The position numbers were made by a program, and so were the translations under genes. A stretch of 64,000 nt of DNA from NCBI GenBank assembly GCA_963822445.1, contig CAWGHO010000002.1, forward strand, positions 1,216,001-1,280,000, written 5' to 3'. A model generated the notes under the pieces. It was not told where the DNA came from and did not search any database. It saw only the letters and a program-made list of their open reading frames with translations. Source of the stretch: an uncultured Acidobacteriota bacterium (lineage in GTDB: Bacteria; Acidobacteriota; Thermoanaerobaculia; Gp7-AA8). This document shows positions 29,409-39,265 of the stretch, piece by piece; within the stretch, counting starts at the first letter, position 1, and each line of letters begins with the position of its first letter.

Positions 29409-31403
29409 TCAGTCCGGGCTCACGAAAACGCCGGAAGGCGCGCGCACGGGTCGTCCCTTCACCGAAATGTCGAGAGCTCGCCATTCCTCGCCCGCGGTGC
29501 CGGTGCGATAAATCACCAGCGACTGCCGGCGCAGGTCCGCGCCGATCTCGTTCCAGTGCGCGCCCAGGGCTTCGAGCGACTTCATCTCGAAGGCCTTTCC
29601 GCCGGTCCGCTTGCTGAGTGCCATCAGCGGCTTCGTTGCTTCTTCCGGCGCAAAAGCGAGCACGTAAATCGGCACGCCCGCCCGCCGCGCAACCTCGGCC
29701 ACGTCTGCCGACGAGAAGTCGCTGTCGCCATCCAGTCCGTCGCTGAAGACGATCATCGCTTTGCGCGAGCCGGTCGACTGCAACTGCAGCAGCGCGTTGA
29801 TCATCGCGTCGTACAACGCCGTGCCTCCGCGCGGCTGAATGGCGAGGATCGATCGCACGGCCGCGGCGCGATCGCTGGACGGCCGAAGCAGGACGCGAAC
29901 GTTGCTGGAGAACGCGACGATCATCGTGCGATCGCGCGGCTCGATGTTCTCCTCGATGAATCGCACCGCTGCTTCCTGCACGTCGAGCATGTGCGGGGTC
30001 ATGCTCGATGAGGAATCGATGAGGAGGCCGATGAGAAGCGGCGCGTCGGCGGGCTGGACGATGCGCTCGACGGGGCGCTGAATCCCGGCCTCGCGCACGA
30101 TCACGTCCGCTGTCGGTGCACCCACCTCGAAATACGCGGGCACTTCGACGAGATGCGCTCCCGCTTCGAAGAGCACCGGTGTGTTGGCCATGACAACGTC
30201 TTCGACCTCGGAACCGTCATCGAGCCGCAGCACGGCACGGAGCAGACCCTGTTCGGCGTTACCGACGTCGACGCGCGTCCGGTACGGCGGCGCGGTGAAG
30301 CGCGCGACCTGCTTCCCGTTCCATTCGATGGTGACCTGCTCGGCCGCGCGTCCGCGCGGAACGCGCGCGGATACGAGAACGTCGACGACACCGGTGAGGT
30401 AACTCTGGCGCGGCTCGATGAAGTCGACGTCGAAGGCCTCGCTGCGCTCGTTCACGACCACGATCGCGCGGTCCGTGACCTTGCCGCCGCGGTCGAGCGC
30501 AATCAGCTCGAGCACCTGCCGCTCCGGGATGCGCCCGAAGTGAATCGCGGCCGCGAATGGCGCACGGCGCGCGGTCGCCACGCGTTTTCCATCGAGCTTG
30601 AACTCGACCATCGCTGTGTTTTTCGCGACCGTTCGCGGCTGAATCGAGCGGCGGCCGGCGACAACCGTTCCCGGCGCGCCGAGGCCGATGACTGGCGAGA
30701 GGAGATCGGCGGCTTGTTGACGCGCGGCGAGTGCGTTCTGTCGCGCGAACTTTCCCTCGGCCAGGCTGACCGCGCGATCGTAAGCTTCGATCGCATCCTC
30801 GTAGCGTCCCTGCACGACGCGGATGTCGCCGAGGGCCATCCAGGCTTCGAACTTCACCCGGGCCGTCGAGCCTTCCCGCGCGTGTTGCGCAAACACCTCG
30901 TCGCGCATCGCGTTCAGCCGCTCCAGCCAGATCGCGGCGAGCTCGCGATTCTCCACCGAGTCCGAGGTGCGCATGGTTTCAAGGCGTGCGCGGCCTCCGG
31001 CCTTGTCGCCGAACGCGAGAGCCATGAGTGCGCGCTCGCGCTCCCCGCGATTCGCTCCGATCAGGTACGGCGCTGCATGCTCGATGAGCACGAGAATCTC
31101 GGAGAGCGTCAGCCAGTCGGGCATGTGATTCCAGCGCATGACTTCGAGGCCCGCCGGATCCCTGACCGCGATCGAAGCTCGTTCTCCCGCGGCCGCGATC
31201 TCCGTTTCGAACTTCACCGCGGCAAGACGCCGCTGCATGGCCGGATGGCGGACCGCTTGCTCGAAGGCTTCGCACGGGCTCGCGCAATCGGCGGGTCGGG
31301 AGAAGACGACCACTGGTTTTTGAGCGAAGGCTGGGACCGCGATGAAAAGTAGAATCGCCGCGATGCGGCACCAGGCATTCGACGGCGAGGTCACGCGGGA
31401 CAT
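29409..31403 (-). CDS. Secreted VWA-domain protein with TPR and Ig-like segments
   Basis: Signal-like IAAILLFIAVPAFA; MIDAS LIDSSSSM, GGTALYDA, FSDGLD, TGG. Start uncertain (ATG 31403 or GTG 31394). Confidence 0.8.
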   Translation of the reverse strand: MSRVTSPSNAWCRIAAILLFIAVPAFAQKPVVVFSRPADCASPCEAFEQAVRHPAMQRRLAAVKFETEIAAAGERASIAVRDPAGLEVMRWNHMPDWLTLSEILVLIEHAAPYLIGANRGERERALMALAFGDKAGGRARLETMRTSDSVENRELAAIWLERLNAMRDEVFAQHAREGSTARVKFEAWMALGDIRVVQGRYEDAIEAYDRAVSLAEGKFARQNALAARQQAADLLSPVIGLGAPGTVVAGRRSIQPRTVAKNTAMVEFKLDGKRVATARRAPFAAAIHFGRIPERQVLELIALDRGGKVTDRAIVVVNERSEAFDVDFIEPRQSYLTGVVDVLVSARVPRGRAAEQVTIEWNGKQVARFTAPPYRTRVDVGNAEQGLLRAVLRLDDGSEVEDVVMANTPVLFEAGAHLVEVPAYFEVGAPTADVIVREAGIQRPVERIVQPADAPLLIGLLIDSSSSMTPHMLDVQEAAVRFIEENIEPRDRTMIVAFSSNVRVLLRPSSDRAAAVRSILAIQPRGGTALYDAMINALLQLQSTGSRKAMIVFSDGLDGDSDFSSADVAEVARRAGVPIYVLAFAPEEATKPLMALSKRTGGKAFEMKSLEALGAHWNEIGADLRRQSLVIYRTGTAGEEWRALDISVKGRPVRAPSGVFVSPD

Positions 31404-32532
31404 TCTCGTGGATTGGTATCGCCGCGCGCGAGCTCGGACGCGCGAACTTTTCTCGCTCATCACCGAGGACGCGTACTACGACCGGCCGATCCGGTTGCGC
31501 AACCCGATCGTTTTCTACGAGGGACACCTGCCCGCGTTCGCCGTGAACACGCTGATCAAGCTCACGCTGAAGCGGCGGGGAATCGATGACGAGCTCGAGA
31601 CGCTCTTCGCGCGCGGCATCGATCCCGAGGATGAGGCCGCGGCGAAACCGCCGACCGATGTGTGGCCGTCACGCGCGGAAGTGCAGGCGTACGGCGCCGC
31701 GGCGGAGAGGTTGGTCGAGGAGAACCTCGAGAACAGCGAGGCGGCGTTCACGGTCATCGAGCACGAGCTGATGCATCAGGAGACGCTGATGTATCTGATT
31801 CACGCGTTGCCGTATGAGAGGAAGAGGGGCAGCGGCTTTGCCGCTGCAGGTAAGAGCGGCAGCTTTGCTGCCGCAGTCCAGAAGATCCCGGCCGGGAAGA
31901 TTGTCCTTGGCCAGTCCGAAGGCTTTTTCGGCTGGGACAACGAGCTCCCGGCGACCGCGGTCGACGTCGCCGACTTCGAGATCGACGCGTTCAACGTCAC
32001 GAACGGCCAGTACATCGAGTTCGTCGAAGCCACCGGAGCAAACGCGCCGCACTTTCTGCAGCGCCAGGATGGCCGCTGGTTTCGCAAGGGCATGTTCGCG
32101 CTCGAGCCGGTGCCGGAGAACGCCGCGGTCTACGTCACGCATGAAGAAGCGGTGGCGTATGCGTCGTGGAAGGGCATGCGGCTGCCGACCGAGGCGGAGT
32201 GGCATCGGGCGGCGGCTGGCGCGTTGGACGGGAACTACGATTTCAAGTCCTGGGATCCGGTCGACGTCGGCCTGTCCGCGCCGAGCGTCTTCGGCGTGTA
32301 CGACCTCGCCGGCAACGGCTGGGAGTGGACGGCATCCGTCTTCGCTCCCTTTCCCGGCTTCGAGCCGATGCCCTCGTATCTTCAGTACTCCGCCGACTTC
32401 TTCGACGACGCTCACTACATTCTCAAAGGCGCCTCGCCGGTCACACCGCGCGAGCTCGTCCGCCCCAGTTTCCGCAACTGGTTCCGGCCGAATTACCCGT
32501 GGGTCTTCGCGACCTTCCGCTGCGCGCGCTGA
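31363..32532 (+). CDS. SUMF1/EgtB/OvoA-family non-heme iron sulfoxide-synthase-like enzyme
   Basis: DinB-like RNPIVFYEGH and EHELMHQE (HxxxHxE); FGE domain RLPTEAEW, GNGWEW, RPSFRNWF. Confidence 0.85.
   Translation: MRHQAFDGEVTRDILVDWYRRARARTRELFSLITEDAYYDRPIRLRNPIVFYEGHLPAFAVNTLIKLTLKRRGIDDELETLFARGIDPEDEAAAKPPTDVWPSRAEVQAYGAAAERLVEENLENSEAAFTVIEHELMHQETLMYLIHALPYERKRGSGFAAAGKSGSFAAAVQKIPAGKIVLGQSEGFFGWDNELPATAVDVADFEIDAFNVTNGQYIEFVEATGANAPHFLQRQDGRWFRKGMFALEPVPENAAVYVTHEEAVAYASWKGMRLPTEAEWHRAAAGALDGNYDFKSWDPVDVGLSAPSVFGVYDLAGNGWEWTASVFAPFPGFEPMPSYLQYSADFFDDAHYILKGASPVTPRELVRPSFRNWFRPNYPWVFATFRCAR
31829..31880. repeat. REP-like palindromes in-frame inside the EgtB-like gene
   Basis: gcagcggc-ttt-gccgctgc and aagagcggcagc-ttt-gctgccgcagtcca; the second is 22/29 identical to the reverse complement of 51650-51678. 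Confidence 0.65.
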
Positions 32533-32551
32533 TCTTGCAGGGCAGTTCCGC

Positions 32552-33178
32552 ATGGAACTGAAGTCTTACAAGCCCAAGACCTTCAATCTGTCCGGACTGA
32601 CCGGGATCTCCGACAAGACGCTGGAGATGCACTTCAAGCTCTACGAGGGTTACGTGACCAACACGAACACCCTCACCGAGAAAATCGCCACGATCCTCTT
32701 CGACGGTAAGGTCGACAAGGAGGAAATGCCCGCGTACTCCGAGCTCACCCGCCGTCTCGGCTTCGAGTACAACGGCATGGTCCTGCACGAGTACTACTTC
32801 GGAAACATGAAGGCCCAGGGCGGCGACGAAGCGCCGCGCGGCGCGTTCCGCACCGCGGTCGAGCGCAGCTACCCGAACTACGACATCTGGAAGACGGACT
32901 TCGTCGGCGTCGGCAAGATGCGCGGCGTGGGCTGGGCGATCTGCTACCTCGATCCGGCCACCGGCGGTGTCTCCAACCACTGGATCACCCTGCACGAGAC
33001 CGGCAACATCACCGGCTTCGTTCCTCTGCTGGTGATGGACGTCTGGGAGCACGCCTTCCTGCTCGACTACGCGCCGTCGGACCGCCCCAAATACATCGAA
33101 GCCTTCCTCGGCAACATCGATTGGGAGGCGGTGGAGAAGCGGATCGGGGCGGTGCAAGTGACGGCTAGCGCCCGCTAG
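32552..33178 (+). CDS. Fe/Mn superoxide dismutase family protein
   Basis: MHFKLYEGYV, LHEYYF, GVGWA, MDVWEHAF. Confidence 0.9.
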   Translation: MELKSYKPKTFNLSGLTGISDKTLEMHFKLYEGYVTNTNTLTEKIATILFDGKVDKEEMPAYSELTRRLGFEYNGMVLHEYYFGNMKAQGGDEAPRGAFRTAVERSYPNYDIWKTDFVGVGKMRGVGWAICYLDPATGGVSNHWITLHETGNITGFVPLLVMDVWEHAFLLDYAPSDRPKYIEAFLGNIDWEAVEKRIGAVQVTASAR

Positions 33179-33309
33179 CCGTCGAGGCAGGCCAGAGGCG
33201 TACACCACACCGAAGCACATGTTCACTGGACCGGGCTTCTACTTTGCAGTATAAAGTGCTCGACATGACACACCGGCTCCGATCTGTCGCCCTCAGAGGA
33301 ACGCACCGA

Positions 33310-33362
33310 GCGGCAGCCGCACGTGCATCAGCGAAGCAATCAGCGCCGCCGGCCGTGCCGGC
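33310..33362. repeat. 53-bp dispersed repeat (partial relative of the palindromic element)
   Basis: Reverse complement matches 59001-59053 at 51/53; contains the GCCGGCACGGCCGGCRGCGCTG core of the 8652/43461 elements. Confidence 0.85.
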
Positions 33363-33404
33363 CTGCCCGCAACCTTTCCACCACCTGAGACGTATCTTGA
33401 CCCC

Positions 33405-34358
33405 ATGACCGCGATCATTGAGGTCTCCGGCCTCCGCAAACAGTACAAGTCGTCGTTCCGGAAGCCGCCCATCACGGCCCTCGACGGTATCGATTTCACC
33501 GTCGGTGAAGGCGAGCTCTTCGGCCTCCTCGGCCCGAACGGCGCCGGCAAAACCACCACCGTCAAGATCCTGCTCGACCTCACCCGCGCCACGGCCGGGG
33601 CCGCCACCATCGGCGGGCTGCCGGTCAGCGATCCGGAATCCCGCCGCCGTGTCGGCTACCTGCCCGAGGGGCACAAGATCCCGAACTACCTGACGGCTCG
33701 TCAGGCTCTGCGGATCTTCGGGCGCATGTCGGGCATGTCCTCGGCCGAAATCGAGACCCGCATCCCGATGCTGCTGGACAAGGTGCGCATGGGGCAGTGG
33801 GCGGACGTCCGGATCAAGAAGTTCTCGAAGGGCATGACCCAGCGCCTGGGCCTGGCCTGCGCCATGATCCACGCGCCGAAAGTCCTCCTCCTCGACGAGC
33901 CGACCGACGGCGTCGATCCGGTCGGCCGCCGCGAGATTCGCGACCTGCTCGTCGACGAGGCCCGTCAGAACGGCACGACCATCCTCCTCAACTCCCATCT
34001 CCTTTCCGAGATCGAGCTGACCTGCGACCGCGTGGCTGTGCTGCGCAATGGAAAAGTAGCGGCGTTCGGAACGGTCGAAGAGCTGACCCGCACCACGGCG
34101 ACTTACAAGATGGTTGCGACGCCGATCGACGACAACCTCATCGCCGCGTTCCGCCACACCGGCGCGGACGTGCAGCGCGTCAACGGTCATATGGTTCTGT
34201 CGGTCAACGACGTCGAGCATCTCAACGCGCTCGTCGATCAGTTGCGCGCGCGCGGCGGCATGCTCAACGAGCTCACGCCCGTCCGCTCGACGCTCGAGGA
34301 CGTATTCGTCGATCTCATTCGTGCCGATGAGCACTCATCGGTTGGAGCGCACTCATGA
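33405..34358 (+). CDS. ABC transporter ATP-binding protein
   Basis: GPNGAGKTT, FSKGM, LLLDEPT, NSH. Confidence 0.95.
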   Translation: MTAIIEVSGLRKQYKSSFRKPPITALDGIDFTVGEGELFGLLGPNGAGKTTTVKILLDLTRATAGAATIGGLPVSDPESRRRVGYLPEGHKIPNYLTARQALRIFGRMSGMSSAEIETRIPMLLDKVRMGQWADVRIKKFSKGMTQRLGLACAMIHAPKVLLLDEPTDGVDPVGRREIRDLLVDEARQNGTTILLNSHLLSEIELTCDRVAVLRNGKVAAFGTVEELTRTTATYKMVATPIDDNLIAAFRHTGADVQRVNGHMVLSVNDVEHLNALVDQLRARGGMLNELTPVRSTLEDVFVDLIRADEHSSVGAHS

Positions 34359-35218
34359 AAGCCCTCGCCGCAAACATCGAAGACGTCTTCCGCGAGGCTG
34401 CCGCGCGCTGGACGCTGCTCGCGTACTTTTTCCTCTCCACGATCTTCATTGTCATCTTCGCCTTCGCCATCAACCTCGACATCGTCGACGGCGCGCTGGC
34501 CGGCGCAAAGCTCTTCGGAAAAGAAGTGGACATGGACGGCGGCAAGGAAATCTCCATCGAGCAGCTGGTCCTCGGATTCGAGACCGGCTTCTCCGGCTTC
34601 CTCTATCTGCTGTGCACGTTCCTGGCGATCTTCGCCACAGCGCATCTCGTGCCGCGCATGCAGGAGAAGGGGACCATCGATCTCTATCTCTCGAGGCCCG
34701 TTGCGCGGGTGAAACTGCTGCTGTCGCGCTATCTCGCGGGACTGCTCCTCGCGGCCAGCAACGTCGTCTACCTGATGGTCTCGGTGTGGGCCATCGTCGC
34801 CTACAAGACCGGCGTGATGAACGCCCGTTTCCTGATCGCCGGCTCGATCATCATGCTGGTCATCGCCACGCTGCTGGCGACGGCCTTTCTGATCGGCGTG
34901 ATCACCTCGTCCACGGCTGTCTCGATCATGACCACGTACGGCATCTTCATCTTCAGCGCCGCACTGGTCGGACATGAGAACTTCGCCGCGGCCGTGTCGA
35001 AAGAGTGGCAGGCCCATCTGATCAACGGCCTGTACTGGATTTTCCCGAAGACCGCCGAGCTTGCACAGGCCGTGGTCGCCTTCGTCGGCGGCCAGGAAAT
35101 GAGCATGCCCGAGCGGATGACCAGCGTTCTCACCCCTGCACCGTTTCTTACCACCGCTGCCTTCGGCATCGGATGTCTCGCGCTCGCCTCATGGCTTTTC
35201 ACTCGAAAGGAGTTTTGA
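34355..35218 (+). CDS. ABC-2 type transporter permease
   Basis: About six TM helices, EKGTIDLYLSRPV motif, ATGA overlap with the ATPase. Confidence 0.88.
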   Translation: MKALAANIEDVFREAAARWTLLAYFFLSTIFIVIFAFAINLDIVDGALAGAKLFGKEVDMDGGKEISIEQLVLGFETGFSGFLYLLCTFLAIFATAHLVPRMQEKGTIDLYLSRPVARVKLLLSRYLAGLLLAASNVVYLMVSVWAIVAYKTGVMNARFLIAGSIIMLVIATLLATAFLIGVITSSTAVSIMTTYGIFIFSAALVGHENFAAAVSKEWQAHLINGLYWIFPKTAELAQAVVAFVGGQEMSMPERMTSVLTPAPFLTTAAFGIGCLALASWLFTRKEF

Positions 35219-35220
35219 CG

Positions 35221-36204
35221 ATGAACCGCTCCCTGTTTCGTCTTTCCCTCGCACTCACGTTCGTGGCCGCGCTCGCGCTGCCGGTCTTTGCCGCCGATGA
35301 CGCCCTCTCGCTCGTTCCGGCCAATGCCGCGACGGTCGGCATGGTCAAGCTCGGCGAAATGCGCACCAGCCCTCTTTCGGCAGTTCTGTTCGAGCACACG
35401 GACAAAATGTCGAGCGACGGCGAGGCGCTGAAATTCATCACCGAGACCGGGCTCAATCCATTCAAGGACATCGACGTTCTGGTCGTGGCCACCGCTCCGC
35501 GCACCGCGCTCGGCTCTGAAGCCGACGTTCTGGTGATCGCCGAAGGCCGCTTCAACAAAGAGAAGCTGACCGCGGCTCTGACCGCGCGCGGCGCCGTGAA
35601 GAAGGGCGCTTACCTGCTCCTGCCGGAAGAAGACAACGGCAACGACGGCGATCATGACGCCGCGGTCGCCTTCCCGAGCGCATCGCTCGTGATCGCCGGC
35701 AATGAGCGCTCGGTCGCGGCGGCTCTTACCGCGCGCACCAGCGGCGGAACGAGCTTCCGCACCGCCAGCGGACTCGGACTCGACCTGGCCCGTGTCGATC
35801 GCAATGCGACGGCCTGGGCACTCGTCGACGTGACCCGCGCGGCGCGTCTGACCAAGGGCGGCACGATCCACACCGGCAAAGGCCACTCCGGCGACGCCCT
35901 CGGCGCCGCGATCAAGAGCGTTTCCTCGATCGCGGTCTGGGCCACCGACACCGGCGACGCGCTGAAGCTCAACGCGCTCGGCGTCTCGGGTGATGCAGAG
36001 ACCCTTCAGCTGCTCGAAGACACCGTGAAGGGCGCGCTTTCCGCGCTCCGCCTCGCGGTAAAGGACAAGGCGCCGGAGATGGTTTCGGTGCTGCGCACCT
36101 TCGACGTCTCCCGCAAGGATGACCTGATCCGCATCGAAGGCACCATCCCGGCCAGCACGCTTCGCGACCTGATGGCGAAGAAGCGCGCCAGCGTTCAGAA
36201 GTAA
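35221..36204 (+). CDS. Secreted hypothetical protein
   Basis: AAGGAG RBS, signal peptide ending PVFA, strong codon bias, co-oriented with the ABC genes. Confidence 0.75.
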   Translation: MNRSLFRLSLALTFVAALALPVFAADDALSLVPANAATVGMVKLGEMRTSPLSAVLFEHTDKMSSDGEALKFITETGLNPFKDIDVLVVATAPRTALGSEADVLVIAEGRFNKEKLTAALTARGAVKKGAYLLLPEEDNGNDGDHDAAVAFPSASLVIAGNERSVAAALTARTSGGTSFRTASGLGLDLARVDRNATAWALVDVTRAARLTKGGTIHTGKGHSGDALGAAIKSVSSIAVWATDTGDALKLNALGVSGDAETLQLLEDTVKGALSALRLAVKDKAPEMVSVLRTFDVSRKDDLIRIEGTIPASTLRDLMAKKRASVQK

Positions 36205-36213
36205 CTAGACCCT

Positions 36214-39200
36214 CTATCTCACGGACCGTCGTCGCGGTGGCGCGGCGACGGTCCCGTTCGAGAACGCCGGCGATTGCGTCCACGTCGCCCGATTCCCTGC
36301 AGCGTCCTCCAGATCGATCCGCAAATCGAAGAGCGCATTCGGCGCCGTTGCAGCGCTGGACAGATCCGCGCGATACAAATCACCGGACGGCGTGTGCCGC
36401 ATCGTGTTGAGGTTGCCCGTCTCCGAGCCTTCGGACACCAGCGACAAAGGACGCCAATCGAGCGTGCCGGTCTGCCGCACCCACGCGCGTGTCGCCTCGG
36501 GCTTCCACACTTTCGTCTCCATCGCTTTCCGATAATCGAAGTCAGCCGCGGAGAAACGGAGCGTCGTCTGGTCGACGATGCGCAGCGAGGTGAGCGTCGG
36601 CGGCTCGAGATCATCGGCATTCGATCCGAACGAGACTTCCAGCACACCGCGTGAAGGATGGCCGGCCGCGACGAGGCCTTCGCGAGTTACGACAAAGGTC
36701 GAGCCATTCGAGACCCAGGTGTTGCCGGGCACGCGCATGTCATCGAGCGCGCCGAAGAATCCTGGCGACGGATGGAATGTGGTCATGCCGCCGGTCGTCC
36801 CCGGAATCGCGTACGGGTACACAGGCCCGGCAGCAATTGTCGCTGTGCCGCCGTTGGGAATGCGCATCGCCGCGGCGGACGGCGTCGCGTTCCAGGTCGC
36901 GACGATGTCTCCCTCGTACACGCGCAAGGCCGGCGTGATCACGTGACCGGTCTGGATCTGAATTCCGGACACGACCAGCGGCTCGACATCCTCGGTCGCA
37001 AAGTAGTCGAGCGTTCCCGACGGCCGCTCGCGCCGCTCGACGCACGGGCCGCGCCTGAAGCTCGATCCGAGCAGGCGCAGATCGCCGGACACCGTGCAGA
37101 CGGCCAGCGAAGTGCCGACCGGCTCGAGCGCGAACCGCGCGTGGGTCATCGACGACGCGTCCCGACGCAACGTCTTCGCCTCGCTGAATCCGCGCAACGT
37201 CTCATGCTGAACGATGTAGGCGTCCATCTCCTCGAGATCGATCAGCGTTTCCAGCGCGGTCAGCGTGAAACGCGTTGATGCGGGCGAGACGAACATGCCG
37301 CCCAGAGTCTCGAAGCTGAACTCGTTCTCATCGACGCGGCCGGCGGACTCGCGCTTCCAGTTCACGGCGGTCCTGCGCAACACGTACGGACCGCGCGGCC
37401 GCGACGCGAGAGGGATGCCGCTCGCGTCGCGACCGTCGAAGTGGATGCGCAGCGGTGCATCCGCCGGGCTGATGGTGATCGATTCGTCGCCGCTCACCGA
37501 GCGATCCTCGAGGAACGTCATCCGAATCACCTCGGCGTTGTCCACGAGATCGAACGACGTGACCGCCAGATCCCATTTGCTGCCCGGTTTGACGAAGAGC
37601 TCCGCCTGCTCCAGCCTGTACATCCGCAGGATGCGGTGGAAAGGCTCCCCCTCGCGGTACGCCTTGACGATCCCGAGAGCCGTGGCGGAGCGGACCGCGA
37701 TCCGGGCGCTGCGGACGATGCCCCAGGGGATCGCGACCGGTGTCGAGCCGGTGAACGCGATCGCGCCGCCGAGGAGACGCTGATGCTGGTCGTCGGCGAA
37801 GGGCACGACCACGTTGTCGAGGACGAGACGAACCTCGACGCTCCGCGACTCTCCCGGCGGCACCGTGAACGTCGCCGGCGTCACGGTAAGCGTGATTCCG
37901 TTCGGAACGGACGGCGCAACGAGCTCGAAGGCCTGCTCCGCGGTCGAGCGATTCTCGATTCTGAACGTACGCGTCGCCTCGAGCGTGCCGGTGCTCGAGG
38001 GCGCGAGACCGAAACTCAGTCCCGCCCCGCGGACGAAAATCTTCGCCTCGTGTGCGCGCTGCGCATCAACGCGCCCCGCGCCACGCACGAACGCGGTGGC
38101 GTCGACCGGCAGCGCCGTCGAAACGAGCGCCGCTTTCACGTCCGCGGGCGTCCAGTCCGGATGCAGCGACCGCAGAAGCGCGCAGATTCCCGCGACATGC
38201 GGCGTCGCCATCGACGTCCCGCCAAACGCGATCAGCCCTCCGCCATGTTTCGCGGAGAAGATTCCCACGCCCGGCGCGACGACGTCTGGCTTGAACGTCA
38301 ACAGGCCGGGCGTCGGACCGCGCGAGCTGAAGTCCGCGACCACGCCATCGGCATCATGCGCACCGACGGTGATCGCGTCGCGAGCAGTTCCCGGCGTTCC
38401 GATGGAGACGATCGAGCCGCCCTCGTTGCCCGCACCTGCGACGACGATGACGCCCGCCGCGCTGGCGTTGTCCACGGCGCGCGAAAGCGGGTCGTCGGCC
38501 ATGCCGGGTGCGCCGAGGCTGAGGTTGGCGACGTCGTGGTGATCGGAGAAGTCGCCGTCGCCATTCGGATCCGCGCTCCGCTCGATCGCCGCCAGAACGG
38601 TGGCCTCCGAACCACCGCCACCCGCCGAGAGCGACTTGTAGGCGATGAGCGTCGCATCCGGCGCGACTCCGAGCAGCTCCGGCCCGTTCGCCGCGGCGAT
38701 GCCGGCGACGTGTGTGCCGTGTCCATGGTCATCCATCGGGTCGGCGTCGCCGTTCACGAAGTCGTACCCGCCGGCGACTTTGAATCCCGGACCGAATCCG
38801 CGGCCGAGGTCGGCGTGCATGTAGTCGATGCCGGTGTCGATGATGGCGATGGTGATGTCTTTGCCGCGCGTCGGCAGGTTGACGGCGTTCACGCGCGTGC
38901 GGGCGTCGATCACCTGAGTGGCGCTGCCGAGCGTCCGGACCTCGCGATCGCGATGCACGGCGCACACGTACGGCAGCTCGCGGATTCGCGCGATGTCCGC
39001 GGGCTCGAGATCGACCGCGGCACCGAAGAACACGACCGAATACTCGTGGCGGATCTGCGGCCGCGGCGCGGCGCTGTTCGACTGCGAGACGATCGCGCGG
39101 CGGAGATCGCGACGGAACCGTTCATGCGTCTCGCGTTGCGCCGCGGCTATGCGCGGGCCGGCAATCGCGGCCGGCGCACCGTGAAACTCGACGATGACGC

Positions 39201-39261
39201 GCGTGGCCGCCTCCGCACTCGCGAGCGGTACCGCAATCAGCAGGAGGAGCAGCTTTTTCAC
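36214..39261 (-). CDS. Secreted S8 (subtilisin-like) serine peptidase with a long C-terminal region
   Basis: Signal peptide, I9-like prodomain, triad IIDTGID / HGTHVAG / GTSMATPHV; ends PPRRRSVR. Confidence 0.93.
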   Translation of the reverse strand: MKKLLLLLIAVPLASAEAATRVIVEFHGAPAAIAGPRIAAAQRETHERFRRDLRRAIVSQSNSAAPRPQIRHEYSVVFFGAAVDLEPADIARIRELPYVCAVHRDREVRTLGSATQVIDARTRVNAVNLPTRGKDITIAIIDTGIDYMHADLGRGFGPGFKVAGGYDFVNGDADPMDDHGHGTHVAGIAAANGPELLGVAPDATLIAYKSLSAGGGGSEATVLAAIERSADPNGDGDFSDHHDVANLSLGAPGMADDPLSRAVDNASAAGVIVVAGAGNEGGSIVSIGTPGTARDAITVGAHDADGVVADFSSRGPTPGLLTFKPDVVAPGVGIFSAKHGGGLIAFGGTSMATPHVAGICALLRSLHPDWTPADVKAALVSTALPVDATAFVRGAGRVDAQRAHEAKIFVRGAGLSFGLAPSSTGTLEATRTFRIENRSTAEQAFELVAPSVPNGITLTVTPATFTVPPGESRSVEVRLVLDNVVVPFADDQHQRLLGGAIAFTGSTPVAIPWGIVRSARIAVRSATALGIVKAYREGEPFHRILRMYRLEQAELFVKPGSKWDLAVTSFDLVDNAEVIRMTFLEDRSVSGDESITISPADAPLRIHFDGRDASGIPLASRPRGPYVLRRTAVNWKRESAGRVDENEFSFETLGGMFVSPASTRFTLTALETLIDLEEMDAYIVQHETLRGFSEAKTLRRDASSMTHARFALEPVGTSLAVCTVSGDLRLLGSSFRRGPCVERRERPSGTLDYFATEDVEPLVVSGIQIQTGHVITPALRVYEGDIVATWNATPSAAAMRIPNGGTATIAAGPVYPYAIPGTTGGMTTFHPSPGFFGALDDMRVPGNTWVSNGSTFVVTREGLVAAGHPSRGVLEVSFGSNADDLEPPTLTSLRIVDQTTLRFSAADFDYRKAMETKVWKPEATRAWVRQTGTLDWRPLSLVSEGSETGNLNTMRHTPSGDLYRADLSSAATAPNALFDLRIDLEDAAGNRATWTQSPAFSNGTVAAPPRRRSVR

Positions 39262-39265
39262 GAGC

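Noticed and set aside
33265-33408. Small ORF (MTHRLRS...) ending at the ABC ATPase start
   Set aside because: It runs through a dispersed repeat and a putative promoter; no coding evidence.
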